From Antedon mediterranea (lineage: Eukaryota; Animalia; Echinodermata): 64,000 nucleotides of DNA. A program made the position numbers and the translations under genes. The stretch covers positions 21,886,001 through 21,950,000 of the forward strand of contig NC_092674.1 in the NCBI RefSeq assembly GCF_964355755.1, written 5' to 3'. This document shows, piece after piece, positions 46,301 to 61,300 of the stretch (its first letter is position 1; every line of letters begins with the position of its first letter). Under the pieces are notes generated by a model. That model did not search any database, had not been told where the DNA came from, and saw only the letters and a program-made list of their open reading frames with translations.

Positions 46301-49300
46301 GAATTTCATTCTGAATAAACATCTATAGCCTTTTGGAATGGTAATGTCTAAAGCTTAAACGTAGCATACCTGTTCTAATTTCTGGATGTGGACCATAGCA
46401 CTAATCTATGATGTTCCTTCTTGATTATGGTCATTCGTCGCCTATTTTTAAGTTGCTTGCCTCACATGTGTTGGTATCATAGTACCTATTCTTCCTTTTC
46501 ATAATATTTAATATTTTCAGCTTACTCTCTTTCAGGCAGGATATAAGCGTTAAGTGTTTTATTTTGTATTCATTACACTTATTTTGTGGTTTTCTTTTAG
46601 AATGTCAAGAAGGCTGTTAGTGTGAAACCTGCCAATAACATCATGTCAATGTTTGCTGCTGCTGGAGCGAAGAGCAAAAAATCTGACAAAGATGCTAAGA
46701 TTGGAAACGATGACCTGTTAGATGAAATTATGAATGACCTTGGAAAATCAGTATGTGAAATGAATTATTTTTTGATTTAATTCTGAGAGTTTCCCAGATC
46801 AAAGAATTTTCCAGCAAAGCTCCAAAAGTTTTTTCAACCAACCTAAAGTTTTTTTAGCATGCTTAATATTCTTCCAACTAGCCTAAAAGTTATCATTAAG
46901 CCTAGAGTTCTTTAAATTTTCTCTAGCCCAGCTTATACTACTTTAAACCAACCTAATTTCTTTCACCAGGCTTAAGATTCTTCCAATTAGCCTAAAAGTC
47001 ATCAAAAGTTCTTTAACTTAGCCTAAAGTTCTCCACTCAAGCTTATACTTTTCCTAACCAGCCTAATGTTCCTTCACCAGACTGTATGACTTCCACCTAG
47101 TCTACAGTTCTTCCAAACAGCATGTAGTCCAGTGGTAACCTTACAATGGCTAATTGCTTTACAATCATTTACATTAATTTTAATTTTTTTTTTTTCAGGC
47201 TGGTGATATTGCTGTCAAACCATTGTCAATGAAACGCAAAGTTCGAAGGTTAGGTTTTTTTTTATTTTATTCTTTTCTCATTCGTATAAGTAAAATAATA
47301 TTGTTCTTTTAACACCTATTTGAATTATTGGTGATTCAATAATATATTATGGGAATTCGTATTGATAGTTTTAAATAAAAAGTTTAAAAGATGATAGTTT
47401 ATAAAACAATTTATGTAATAGTTTTTTGTTTTTTTTTCCCAGCCATGGTAATACACCACGCAACAACACACCTCGAAATCCATTTAGCAATAAAACTCCT
47501 AAAAAACCAAATACCCCAATGATGCGGCCTCGTCAAATGGTGCAGGAATTGGCGCCTCCAAAGAAATTAATGAGCACTTTCAATAAAGATTATTCCAGTC
47601 AAAAGCCGGCTAAGAAACCAAGATTAACCGAACATGTAATTGAAGTGAAAGAGGAAACGGAGAATGACTATGAGGTGGAGGATGCAGAGATTGTCATGAA
47701 CAATGATGAGGAGGAAGGTTGGTGGGGATGAATAACTTGCTACCGTATATGACCGAGTATAATCCCATGTTTGATGAGTATAGTCCCATCTAATTCAGAC
47801 TAAATTCAGACACAATACTCTAGTAAATCATTTATTGATTAGTCTGAGTATAATCTGACCCTAATTTTCAACACATTTTGGAACCAGACCCACTGGGCTA
47901 TACCCGATCATATTCAGTAATTTTTTTCCAATTGGACCTCTCCTAAGCAGACACCCTCTGATCCAAAATATGTAACCGCATTGGGCTAAACTTTTTAGCA
48001 CATCTGTCATCTAATTTCATGCAATTGTAAACTTAGAGGGCCTCTGAAATTTTAAGACTTTTTCATTACATTGTTTCACGAATTTTTCCAATTGGACTTC
48101 TCTTAAGCAGACACCCTCTGATCCAGAATATGTAACCGCATTGGGCTAAACTTTTTAGCGCATCTGTCATCTAATTTCATGCAATTGTAAACTTAGAGGG
48201 CTTCTGAAATTTTAAGACTTTTTCCTTAGTTTCAAGAATTAAACCTATTCCTTCTAACAATTGCAGTGTAAATCCAATTCCCATGTACAAACCCATAGAT
48301 ACCAGTAAAGTTTACCAAAGTGTAATACCTAGAAACCACTCTAGTAATCTTTTACCATTCGCAGAAATTCACATAGAAATTGACCTTGTTTCACATGATA
48401 GCAATTTCCTTAACTGTTAAACATTTTTGATATAACAATCTTCTATTTAGTTGCCGATGCTGATATGGCTTTATTGGATGAAGAAGATGATGACATACCC
48501 GATAACTTTGAGGATGAAATTCAGAAACAAGAAATACAAGTTAAAGAAGAAATGGAAGTCAAAAAAGATGAAGAAAAAATGCCAGAGTAAGATTTTGTTT
48601 TTGATATTAAATTGCCATCACATATTTACAGTTCAACAGACAATCAGGTACAAACCAATTCAAATCAGGTTTAGATCCAGGAAGCGTCATCATGCATACT
48701 GTACACTGATGCCATACGGTACGCCTAAAATGGAAATTCCTTATTTAGCTTTAACTTAAAGTAAATAAAGAATGTTTATGCCAGACACAATTTTCAATCA
48801 TCACAGTCCAGTAGAGGTGTGAGACACAGCAACACAATTGTAATTTAATAATAATAAACAATTTGTTGATATTTTATTTTTTTTTCTCATGTTGTTTTTG
48901 TAACTTTAGATACGATGTTGAAGCTTTAGCATCTACTGGATGGGAGACTATCAAAGGTCAGGTGAATGAGATCAAGAAATACCCAGCAGATGGCGTTCAA
49001 ATTGATACATCCAGTTTACCCCTCACAAAGAATGAGGAAGGGGAGCAAGTATTGCGGTTTTATTGGTTCGATAGTTATGAGGATCCTTATAAGCAACCAG
49101 GTATGCATGTTATGATTATGCATTATGTTTGAATTTTATTAGGCTAATTGTAATGGCTTAATTTATAATAATAATAATTATAATAGTTCATTCTTATATA
49201 GCGCTCTACAAGCAAGCTTCTCTTAGCGCTGAACATTATTACCCCAGTCATTTTTTGGATCAAAAACATATGGAAACATACTTCCATAATGCAGCTAGTA

Positions 49301-52300
49301 ATCAGCGCAAAGTTGTGTCTTGATCTATCCGGGTACCCATTTATACACCTGGGTGGAGAGAGGCAAACATAAGTAAAGTATCTTGCCTAAGGATACAAGC
49401 AATGCAGCGAGAGTTGGATTCGAACCTCGGTCTCATGATCAGTAGTCCAACGTCCAACACTCTGCGCCACATGCCCTCATCAAATGTCTGGTATTTTGAA
49501 TGCACTAGTAAAAAAAAACAGATTTGGTTTTTGGAGGGTTTAACTGTACTACAGTAGAACTCCTATTAAGGGACCAAACAAAGTTTGTGTTCTAAAACAA
49601 ATATATCTCCACTCATTAGTTTCACAGGAAAGTGTCCTGTTAATGGGGGTATTCCCTGAGGTGTTTCCCCTGTATACAACAGTTTAAATAACGTTTTCCT
49701 TACATTTCGTCTCTTTATCAAAGCAATATGAAAATGAAGTATAAATATCTTTATGTTTATATCAGGTGTTGTGTACCTTTTTGGTAAAGTTTGGATTGAT
49801 TCTGCCAAAACTCATGTTAGCTGCTGTGTTCCTGTTAAGAACATTGAGAGACAGGTGTTCCTTCTGCCTCGAGAAACTGTGAGTAAACATTGTCATAGAT
49901 TAGTTTGGTAGATCGAGCTCAGTGAAGTGGTTGTAAGACTACACAACAAAAACGGGTTCAATGACGATGCGAGAAATGATAAGATACTTTCAAAATGTAT
50001 ATTTATTTATCATTGAACTATTTTTTTAACAAAATAAGTTACAGTCATAAAATTTGAAAAGCTAGTCTCAAACCGGTACATGTCGGCCTGGGCTGGATAA
50101 ACTTATGTTGGACAAAACCAAACATTTTAGATGGTCCCACGGGTGTCTGGTTTTGAGAGATTGCATGTATATATTTGATATGTTATTACTAATGTGCAGA
50201 CATAACAGTTTCATTTTTTTGTCTTCTGTTTTTGTAGAATCTACGAACAAATGAACCAGTTGGTTTCCGTGATGTTTATGAAGAAGTTAATAGTAGGGTT
50301 TCAGAGAGATTCAAACTTATGAAGTTTAAATGTCGAGTGAGTTTATTTTTTTCCATTGTTTATTATTTGAGTTGAAATCAGAATTTATAAATGAGAGTGA
50401 CTTCTTTGGTAGAGCTTCTTTCTTTGATATATGTATCATAAACACATGGAGTTCTCTACCTTACTACATTGTCCAACACTCAACATTTTTAAATGAACAT
50501 ATGACTCGCACATAAAAACTTTGAGTAGAGGCAGCCTATACAAGTAATACTCTTTGCCTCCTTATTTCACTTAAGGTAAGCAAATCAAATTAATTTTTTC
50601 TGTAAGCTCTAAACAATACATATATTATTATAAAATGATAGGACATCATACGGAAGGTTCCAGATTTGAATCCTGATTTGTACTGCTTTTTCCCATTTTC
50701 ACAGATTTCCTCATTTTTATTGTTCCTAATTTAATTTCCAGATGGTGAAGTTTCTCCATCCCTGTGAATTTATATTATAAAATGACATAGTTTTTATGTA
50801 TTCTCTATTTAGAAAGTCACAAAGAAATATTGTTTTGAGCAACATGATGTACCAGCTGAGTCTGAGTATCTGGAGGTCAGATATGCAGTAAGTTTAGATT
50901 TTATTTAACTAGTGAAACCATGGTAAACACTATTATTATTACAACTAGTCATAATGAGACCCTCGCTGTGCTATCCTTACACATTATTGACACATTAAAT
51001 TAATGCCCAGCTTCCCCTAATGTTAGGCCAGGGTGCGAAACCCATCAGTAGGCCTGATTTTTCTTTCAATTTAGCATCAATGGAATTAGTAATTTGTATG
51101 TTCGGATGTGAAAAAACACATTTTTTTCTTAATATTTATCAATCTATATAACATCTCCATCCAATCCATATAAAATTTTTTTTTTCTTCAGGCTGACTTG
51201 CCTCAGCTGCCTTCAGACCTTACTGGGGATACATTTAGTACTGTGTTTGGAACCAACACATCATGCTGTGAGATATTGCTGATGGAACGTAAGATCCAGG
51301 GTCCATGTTGGCTAGATGTCAAGATGCCACGTAAGTTGCAAACAAAATGAAAAGAAATATTGGTGCTAAAATTGTGTATTTACCCTGCTGTAAGTTTTGG
51401 CCCATTGAAAGTTTAAAACTACAGGTTATGACCCGTGTCTTATCACTAGGACACCAGCCTTCATTCAGAACATTAAAGATCAAGCCCAGGCCTAAGCCCT
51501 GTTTACTATAAGGCGTCATCTACAAATTATTTCAGACCACAAATCAGCGTCCAGACGCGTTTTCTATTGTTTACCCAAAAACGCGTCTCAAAACCCGTCT
51601 GATTTGGCTGCGTCTAGACGCCAATATGCATGTTCGACTATGGCCCCACCCCTATATACGGCTGACTGCACATTGTTATACTGTGTACTGGTGTTAAATG
51701 CGCTACATACAAGTGAATTCATTGAGAGCGTGTGATATTAAATTATTATTTACAACCGGCAGTAAGACAAACAAATCAGTACAGGTATACCCTTTTACCG
51801 CCGACAGAGTATGTAAAGCGCAAATTTTCGTTTCTATTTATTCGCGACCTTTTATTTTTTGCGATTTTATTTTTCTTGTGGTAAAGAGTGAATTTACCAC
51901 ATGCAAAAACGTTAAAGTTAACTTTTGGAACATGGAATCACTCAAACTATTGACCTACAGACAGTACAGAAAGAAAATACTGCAACTTTACCTACGAAGT
52001 AGCTTGATCGTAGGCTACGTTGTTGGCTTCGTAGGTTCCATTGTTTGGCTTCGTAACCTCAATAAACAACTTTCAATGAACTACATTCTGAACTTCGTAG
52101 GGAGTTCGTAACCTAAATAAACAACACTACGATGTTCTTAGTGAAGTAAGGTGTGAAATTAATGTGTTAAATTTAACTGGCGGAGGACCAAGTTGTAAAT
52201 ATAATATAATATTTTTTAATCGTAATCGTTTCCTTCGTGCGTGTTTACCTACTCAACGGCGAATATAAATATAAATTTCCCACGATGTAAACGTAGAGAC

Positions 52301-55300
52301 ACGCGATCCAACACAGGTGAACCTCAACGAACAGGCCAACTAATAAACATATTATAGCAAACGTCCAGTCCATCCAGAACGATGCCGAGAAAAAAAGATC
52401 GTAAACAATTCATTCTAAATATAGTATCAGAACAACATTTCGCTCAAAAAGACTGCCGACAGAAGACCGTAATAAATACAGACCTAGTTTTTTTGGGCAC
52501 ATGGCATGAAACGCGATACTCTGGTGGCTGCCGTCTGACGACGATAAAACAGTAATTAAGATAGTGTACCTGGATTTTGTGTCACATGACATGAAACATA
52601 ATACTCTCTCTCTAGCTCTAAACTGCTCACATGTTTTTTCCCCTCCAAATTCTGGTCGAGCCTTTTTCTTTACACATGTCATAATCATTTTAAACGGCCT
52701 ATGTTAAATCTTAATATGGAATATATATTTATTTTCATATTCTAGCCTAGGCGTCATTGTTTTTATAATTCGCTAACCCAAGGTAGGAGCGTTAAATAAT
52801 TTATAGGCCTAGGCTAGGAGGCCTAGTGTAGGCCGCCGAAACTAGGCTAGCCTAGACTTTCTTTCTCTCTCTGCATGAGCTGAGGTCCACAGGCCCGATG
52901 TCGTCTCATCGGCGAATTTCCGTCCAAATTAGGATAACCTAGGCCTAGTCTCAGATTTGTTGGTTCTGTGAAATGATACCAATGTTGTTTCACCATACAA
53001 GCAATACAGACGGGTTTTAATCACTCAGACGCGTTTTCTATTGTTTTACCTACTAACAGCGAAGACGGGTTTTAATCACACAGACGCGTCTTCGCCGCGA
53101 TTGGGTAGCTCATGAATATTCATAATAGATCGTTAATGAGGTTCAGCATTGGACAGACGCGTCTGATGGGTTGCAAGTTTTCAGACGCGTCTCTGTGGTC
53201 TGAAATAATTTGTAGATGACGCCTAACCGGCCTAGTGGTGGAATAGCTCCACTAGTGCTACTAGAGATTGCACGGTCAGATCCCAAGGTCACGTTTACTG
53301 GCCTGTAAATGTAAATGTCTGCTTAATGTAAACGTTCATATGTCTGTAGACGAGTAACACTAGTCTACAACCCATGTGTATGTGAACTTCATGCACATAG
53401 TAAAAACATTTTCCTCTCGTTTCGATTAGTATATTCATATGTAGTTAATTGATAGTAAACCATTCATTTTAAATTGCGTTTCATCTAGACTTTATCAATT
53501 GTTACGAAGCCTTGAAACGTAAGGTTTATTATGAATGAAATACATATCAATATAACTTCTTGCACGTTCACTCAAATCTAAAAGTTTGTATTGCTAACTT
53601 TAGTGGGTAGATCCGAACTTACATGGGTAAATAATTATGTACAGGCCCTGATAGAATATGCTAAAAAAGGAGAAAAAAAATGACATTGATACTATTTTAA
53701 ATGAATCTTTCAGAGCTTTCCCCTAAACCAATAACATGGTGCAAGGTAGAAGCGTTTGTTACCAGAACTGATCATGTGACTGTTGTCAAGGACATCACTC
53801 CACCACCATTGGTTGTCATGACAATAAGCCTTCGAACAGTGTTGAATACAAAAACGCATCAAAATGAGGTAACACAACCTATATAAACTAACAAGTAACA
53901 TGCATCCTGTGCAAGCTTATGAACAAATTTGTGTTGTGATAGCTACCATCATGACTCCAATCTCTGAATTGCTGCACATGTACATTGTTATGCTCCTGTT
54001 GCTTCATAATATTTGGTGTTGCATTCAGTTTCTTCTCATGTTGTCATTATATTCATTGTTAGAAAGAAATGTATATGATTTTATATTGGAAGATTACCAA
54101 TATGATGTAAAATCATACACTTGCAGTGTTTTGAATTAATACAGTATGTCTTGTGTGTGGCATTTTCCATGTGTGTATTGTACTAGTTTTGTCAACAGAC
54201 TCTGTGAGTCTATACTAAATATGTTATGGATTTCCATTTTTTTCCAGGTAATAGCCATTGCTGGGCTAGTGCACCATGAGTATCACATCCACAAAGCACC
54301 TCCAAACCCTCCGTTTCAACAACATTTTTGCGGTAAACTTTGATTTATTCCTCTTATATAATAATAATATAATAAGATAATTTTTAGAATTTGTATACAA
54401 AACTAAGTTTTACCATTTATTTTCTTATGTAGCCATTGGAAAACCAAGTGATTGTATATTTCCATTTGACTTCCAAGATGTTGTAAAACGATCTGTAAGT
54501 ACTTGACAAGCAGAAATATATTTGTTAAAACTGACAGTAGCCAACTGCTATTTAGAGGATGCACACGTATCAAGAGAAACCTTTGTTGGGTCCTGAAGGT
54601 TCTTCTGTAGTTTGTGAGTGGCCAGACTTCAGAAAGTGGAACAGTAATCCATTGCCTTACGGCAAGGGTTTGAGGCTTACTCGCTCCATGGTTCTGGTGG
54701 TTCAGTAGAACGAGTCTTCTCGGATAAGAAGTATAAACCATAGGTCCAGTGTACACAAAATGCTTGTGTGCACATTAAAGAACCTAGTACATCTTCTGAC
54801 ATGACTCTTAGGGGAGAAGAATGTTGTTAAAAAGGTGCAAGTCAACAGCGTTCTGATCTTCACGAAATCATTATTCATTCATTATATTAGTAGACCTTCC
54901 AGTTGTTTGATTTTGTCTTGAATTTAGTTCAAATGCAAGTACTAATAGATATTAGACATGATTTATACACATACAAATAGAACCAAATTTTAATTGTTAC
55001 TGTGCTTATGTGTTTGTTTTTTAGGATTCCAAGTGTGAAATGATGCCAACTGAGCGTGCTCTGTTGGGCTATTTCCTAGCTATGGTTCATCGCATGGATC
55101 CTGATGTTATTGTGGTAAGTATGCATGCTAAATATGAGCAATGTGTTTATTACCATATTTGGGCACATCATACTTTTTTTTGTCATATTAATTTGATAGT
55201 GTACAGAGCTTTAGAGGCGAAATAAAATCTATGAGGGAATGATCTCCAGTTGCAATTTTGTCTGTTGAGTGACGATTGTACTCATAAATATTCATTATTT

Positions 55301-58300
55301 GTATAATATTATAACTACTGAAGCTGAATTGCAGTAATTATATACGTAAAACAGCATCAAACAAACAATTCAACACCCATTTCCGCTCTGAAAGTGAAGT
55401 AATAAAGAAATCTATTTATGTTTTATCCAGGGGCATGACATTTTCAGCTTTGACCTAGATGTTCTGCTTCATCGAATCAATACATGCAAAGTCCCTCAGT
55501 GGTCAAGAATTGGAAGACTAAGAAGACAAGCAATGCCAAAGCTATCTGTAAGTACAATGTATCTAGGATGTGTAAGTAGGAGTACGTCATCTCAAGGTCA
55601 TTAGTATTGTTGTCAGTATACGAAATAAAAATAAGGCATTCATTCATGCAACTTTTGACCAGAAAGGTCCAATTAATTTCCTATTTATTCTTTTAATTGT
55701 AACTATCTATAAAATTTGGTTATAGTTTGTTGATTGAGTTTTATGATACACATAAAGAGATACAATACAATTGATAGATGATTTTATAAGTTGCTTGGCT
55801 CCGATGGGGTTTAGATGTTACTTTAGTCGATATTAGATTTAAAACGCAAACCCTCACCTATTTTTGTTTTTTAAAATATGTACAGTAATACACATGCCAA
55901 TCAATTAATCTTTATTTTTCATCATAAAAGCATACAAATATTAAGAATGTTTTTTTGAAAGAACAAAATGAAAAATAGCAGTACAATCACATACACAATA
56001 AACATTGAAATAGCAGTACAATCACATACACAATAAACATTGAAATAGCAGTACAATCACATACACAATAAACATTGAAATAGCAGTACAATCACGTACA
56101 CAATAAACATTGAAATAGCAGTACAATCACATACACAATAAACATTGAAATAGCAGTACAATCACATACACAATAAACATTGAAATAGCAGTACAATCAC
56201 ATACACAATAAACATTGAAATAGCAGTACAATCACATACACAATAAACATTGAAATAGCAGTACAATCACATACACAATAAACATTGAAATAGCAGTACA
56301 ATCACATACACAATAAACATTGAAATAGCAGTACAATCACATACACAATAAACATTGAAATAGCAGTACAATCACATACACAATAAACATTGAAATAGCA
56401 GTACAATCACATACACAATAAACATTGAAATAGCAGTACAATCACATACACAATAAACATTGAAATAGCAGTACAATCACATACACAATAAACATTGAAA
56501 GAAGACCAATAAATAAATATTCACAATTTGCATTACTGAAATTAATAATAACCAAACAACATAGCCATAATAAGTAATACTGTACTGCAGTGTGTAATAC
56601 ATAATAAATTTTCTATATTGCCATAATTTACTTATTTATTTTGTATACATTAGACTGGAAGATCCGGATTTGCTGAAAAGAATGCCACATGTGGACGTAT
56701 GGTTTGTGATGTTAAGATATCTGCCAAGGAGCTAGTCAGGTGCAAAAGCTATGAGCTTACAGAATTGTCAAGTTCTATACTGAAAGAAAGTCGAAGAGAA
56801 ATTCCTTTTGAGGAAATCAAGAACATGTACACGTGAGTAGAGTACAGGAGAGTCCCTACTATGAAACAGAAATATCCCCTGGATAGGAGTTTACCATACC
56901 GTTTCACAGGAAAGTGTTCCCTAAATAGGAGTATCCCAAAGGAGGGGTTTTCCAATATTTACAAAAGCAAAATTATAAATTAACCATGCCAATAACATAC
57001 ACCAGGCATAAATCATTTAAATATATATCTTATTTTTTATAGATCTTCCAAGCAGTTAATGTACCTTGTAGAGCAGACCTGGGTCGATGCATCGTTAATT
57101 CTACGCATCATGTGTGAACTGAATGTTTTACCGTTGTCCCTTCAGATCACCACGATATGTGGAAATGTCATGGTAAGGAATAAAATGAAGCCCTCTAACC
57201 ATAGTCAAATTTAGTATCCTTTAGCTGATTTTTCACTACCCGAATTTGTTCGCGCGATTTAAAAGCGTCATGCTATGTGCATGCGTATTCGAGTTTCTGT
57301 CTGTCATACTTCTTTCTGCGACAAATTCTAAATCCTTTGATTTTTTGCTACAGTGAAATTTACTAGTTCGAATTGTTTCTAATTTTTACTAAGCGAAATA
57401 GTGCGCAACCAATCAGAGCTCAGGAAAAGAGCTATGACGCTTTTCTGAGCACTCATGCGGAGCGAAAAGCTCAGCAGCCACGCGAGGAACATGAATGTCA
57501 CAGCTATTCACTCAGTAAGTGGAAAGAGAGTAGCCAATTTTTCTTCAAAACGTTGGATTCGCGCAAACAAATTCATCTAGTGGAAAAAGCGGCTTTAAAC
57601 CCTAACACTACTGATATTAACTCATACGGAGTATTCCAAGCTGCTGAATAAAATCGTGGTCAACTCGTGAATTATTTTTCTCATACGTAAACATTTATCA
57701 TTTATACATTTACATTTTTGTATGTTTACAGTCAAGGACATTAATGGGTGGAAGATCTGAGAGGAATGAATACCTACTTTTACATGCATTCCATGAGAAA
57801 GGTTTCATATACCCTGATAAATCATTTAAGAAGAAGGTTCAACCAGTGGTAAGTAGTTTTGAAGTGAAACATAAGTATTTTTAACAACTGAACTAACCTT
57901 ATGCATTTTCTAACATTTTTTTCTACTTACAGCAGGAAAATGATGAAGAAATTGCACAACCTAAAAAAGGACGCAAGAAACCAGCTTATTCTGGTGGGCT
58001 TGTGTTAGACCCAAAAAAAGGCAAGTTTTAACAGTCGATCTTGAAAATGTCATTTGTTGTGATTATTAAAATTGATTTGTGGCAGTCCTTTTCACAAAAT
58101 AAATAAACTCGCTAAAACTAAGACCCCTATTTACGCTCAAAATTTGAGCTGGCTCTGAGTCGGCAATCGATAAGTTTAATACTCAGTAAGGTCGGCCATC
58201 TGTGGTGGATGTTGACCTGGGCTGCCTCTCAAGGTACTGTTTGGGCTGACTCGTGCTGTAAATTGTTAACAATGGTTTGGACTGTAAGTGTAAACACACT

Positions 58301-61300
58301 GGATCGGACCCAAACAATGTAATCTAGAGCTGATCATGGAGTGACCCAGGACCTAATCGGAAGTGTAAATTTGGTCTTTATCTCAAAGAATTCCCTTACG
58401 AACTAATTAAGTGTTTGTTCAGACCTAGATAAAGCGTAAAGCTTTGTAGTTGAAGATGGCCATCGTACCAGCTAGTTTCACTCCACTAAAGATTAATATT
58501 TTCTTATTTCTTTTACAGGTTTTTATGATAAGTATATCTTATTATTGGATTTCAACAGTCTGTATCCATCTATCATACAAGAGTATAATATTTGCTTTAC
58601 AACAATTGATCGTACGCCACCAGAATCACAGGTACAGTAAACCTTTGTGGATCAGAATTGCATAAAAAAATATAATTAAATTATTTAAAACAAAAAAACA
58701 GTTTGGATCAACATTTTTGATTCCTTAACTTTCTGGTTCTGTCTCATTTTAATTTCTAGTCATTTTATTATTTTAAGAGCCTTATTTTTTTCTTTTAGGC
58801 TGATGATGAAGATTGGTTTCCAGAACCCCCTCCAGCTAATTTGGAACCAGGAATCCTTCCAACTGAAATTCGTAAACTTGTTGAACGTCGGCGGCAAGTT
58901 AAATCATTAATGAAAGACAAGAATATTAGTAACGATCTCAAAGTTCAGGTAAATTGATTTGCGTATTTAGCAATAACAATTGTGCTGGTTTTATATATAA
59001 AGATATGTCCTAAAGTTGTTATGCATCCGGTGTTTTTAATGGTAACATAAATGATCTGATGGTATCAGTGCTCAGTGGAAACACCTTTATACCATGGAGC
59101 AACACATTGCTCCATGTTTATACTAAGTTTGACTTTCATTGGACAGCCTACAGCATCCATTGGGAAAGAAGATATATCTACCTTGTAAATATTGCTTGCT
59201 TGTTACTTAGAAAACCTGTAAGGAAGTTGTTGTAAGCATTTAGGTTTAGGATGTGTTACTGACATATAGATCAGATAGACCTATTATTAGATCTCTCAGC
59301 AATGTTTTGGCAAATTCTAGATACCGTACAGCGAAGTTAAAAAAATCCTAGAGTTTATTGATTTTTTTTTGTATTGTTTGTAATCTTTATTTCTAGTTGC
59401 TGACATTGTAGGTGTGAAATTTAATGTTTTTAAACAGTAAAACAAGTAGATTTAAAATGTATAGGAACAAAACAGTATTCTCATTTATAAAAATCATGTG
59501 ATGTTCATACATGTTTCTTTTTTTTCAGTATGACATCAGGCAGAAGGCTCTAAAGCTCACGGCCAATAGTATGTATGGTTGCCTGGGATTTTCTCATTCT
59601 AGATTTTATGCAAAGCCACTGGCTGCCATGGTTACGGGTAAAGGTCGTGAGGTAAATAGTTTCTTTTCATATTTGTAATCATTTTCAATGTGTTTGTGGC
59701 ATTAACATTTAAATCTAGTGTACTTTTTTAAATCAGGTAGTAGTATTTATTATTTATTTATTTTACTATTTTTTAGCCATTTGCCTTATTAGGAAACTTT
59801 CAATTTCAAAATGACTAGAACATTGGACTTTGGAAAATTAGTATATTTTTTAACCCTGATGCACATTGATACGTTACTATTAATACATCAATAAAAATAA
59901 AAAGTTTCTATAATTTTTAATTAATTGACTGAAAATTATTTTTGTTTTGTTTTATAGATTCTTATGAAGACAAAGGAGCTGGTGGAGAAGGTATTGCAGT
60001 ATTTTAAAAAGCCTCTGTTTCAAATGTGTGTGAAACAGTACTAGTAATAATAATTATTTTTAGTGGATTGTTAATTCTTATTTTATTTGTATATGTATTA
60101 TTTATGTATTTGTATTAGATGAATCTTGATGTAATTTACGGTGATACCGATTCAATCATGATCAACACGAATACAAATGATATAGATGAAGTCTACAAGC
60201 TGGGCAACAAAGTGAAAAATGAGGTCAACAAACTATACAGACTCCTTGAAATTGACATAGATGGAGTATTTAAATCTATGCTCTTACTAAAGAAGAAAAA
60301 GTAAGTATTTATTTTTTGAAACTTGACCAGTGTCCTAAGCACAATGCAGGAACATAAGTGCAACGCAGGTACGTAAGTGCAACGCAGGAACGTAAGTGCA
60401 ACGCAGGTACGTAAGTGCAACGCAGGTACGTAAGTGCAACGCAGGTACGTAAGCGCAACGCAGGTACGTAAGCGCAACGCAGGTACGTAAGTGCAACGCA
60501 GGTACGTAAGCGCAACGCAGGTACGTAAGCGCAACGCAGGTACGTAAGCGCAACGCAGGTACGTAAGCGCAACGCAGGTACGCAAGCGCAACGCAGGTAC
60601 GTAAGTGCAACGCAGGTACATAAGTGCAATGCAGGTACATAAGCGTAACACAAGGGCGTAAGTGCAACGCAAATGATTTGACAAATCACAACCTGATTGA
60701 TTATCCGAACTGTCGTTTATTATTGGTTAACTCACTCACATTGCAACTACATCGTTTTGTAGAATCCATGCCTGTACTGAAAGCAATATTTTAAACATTT
60801 TTTTAACGACTTCCTGATAGATCCAAACAATTGTTTTTATTCAAAATAACATTACGTGTTTTTATCAGGTATGCTGCCCTCGCTGTTCAAAAATCTGCAG
60901 ATGGAAAATTGACGACAACACAAGAATTAAAAGGTCTTGATATTGTGAGGAGAGATTGGAGTGGAATTGCCAAAGAAGTTGGAAAGTAAGTTTGGGTTTA
61001 TTTTTAATGTGCAATGTGTTCACTTGGTGGATATGATTTATATAGTGACATCTTCTAAGTTTACTGTTAATTGTTAGTAATTCTTGATATTTATACTTTA
61101 AATTTAGCTATGTCATTGGCCAGATATTATCAGCAGAATCTAGAGAGATCATAGTCGAGAACATCCACACACATCTGATTGATGTTGGGGAGAAGGTCAA
61201 AAACAACAAAATACCTATGCATATGTATGAGATACATAAGGTTAGTATTAAATATTCATGATTTGACAAACATTAACTATATATGAAATTTTGTAATTTG

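Noticed and set aside
49400-49478. tRNA gene
   Set aside because: A and B boxes are present but continue into a SINE core and tail, with no convincing cloverleaf or terminator.
55973-56500. 35-bp repeat array as a CRISPR array
   Set aside because: Units are directly adjacent with no unique spacers, there are no cas genes, and it sits in a eukaryotic intron.
60193-60689. Three overlapping Cys-rich minus-strand ORFs
   Set aside because: Artefact of a stop-free 19-bp tandem unit cycling through all frames.
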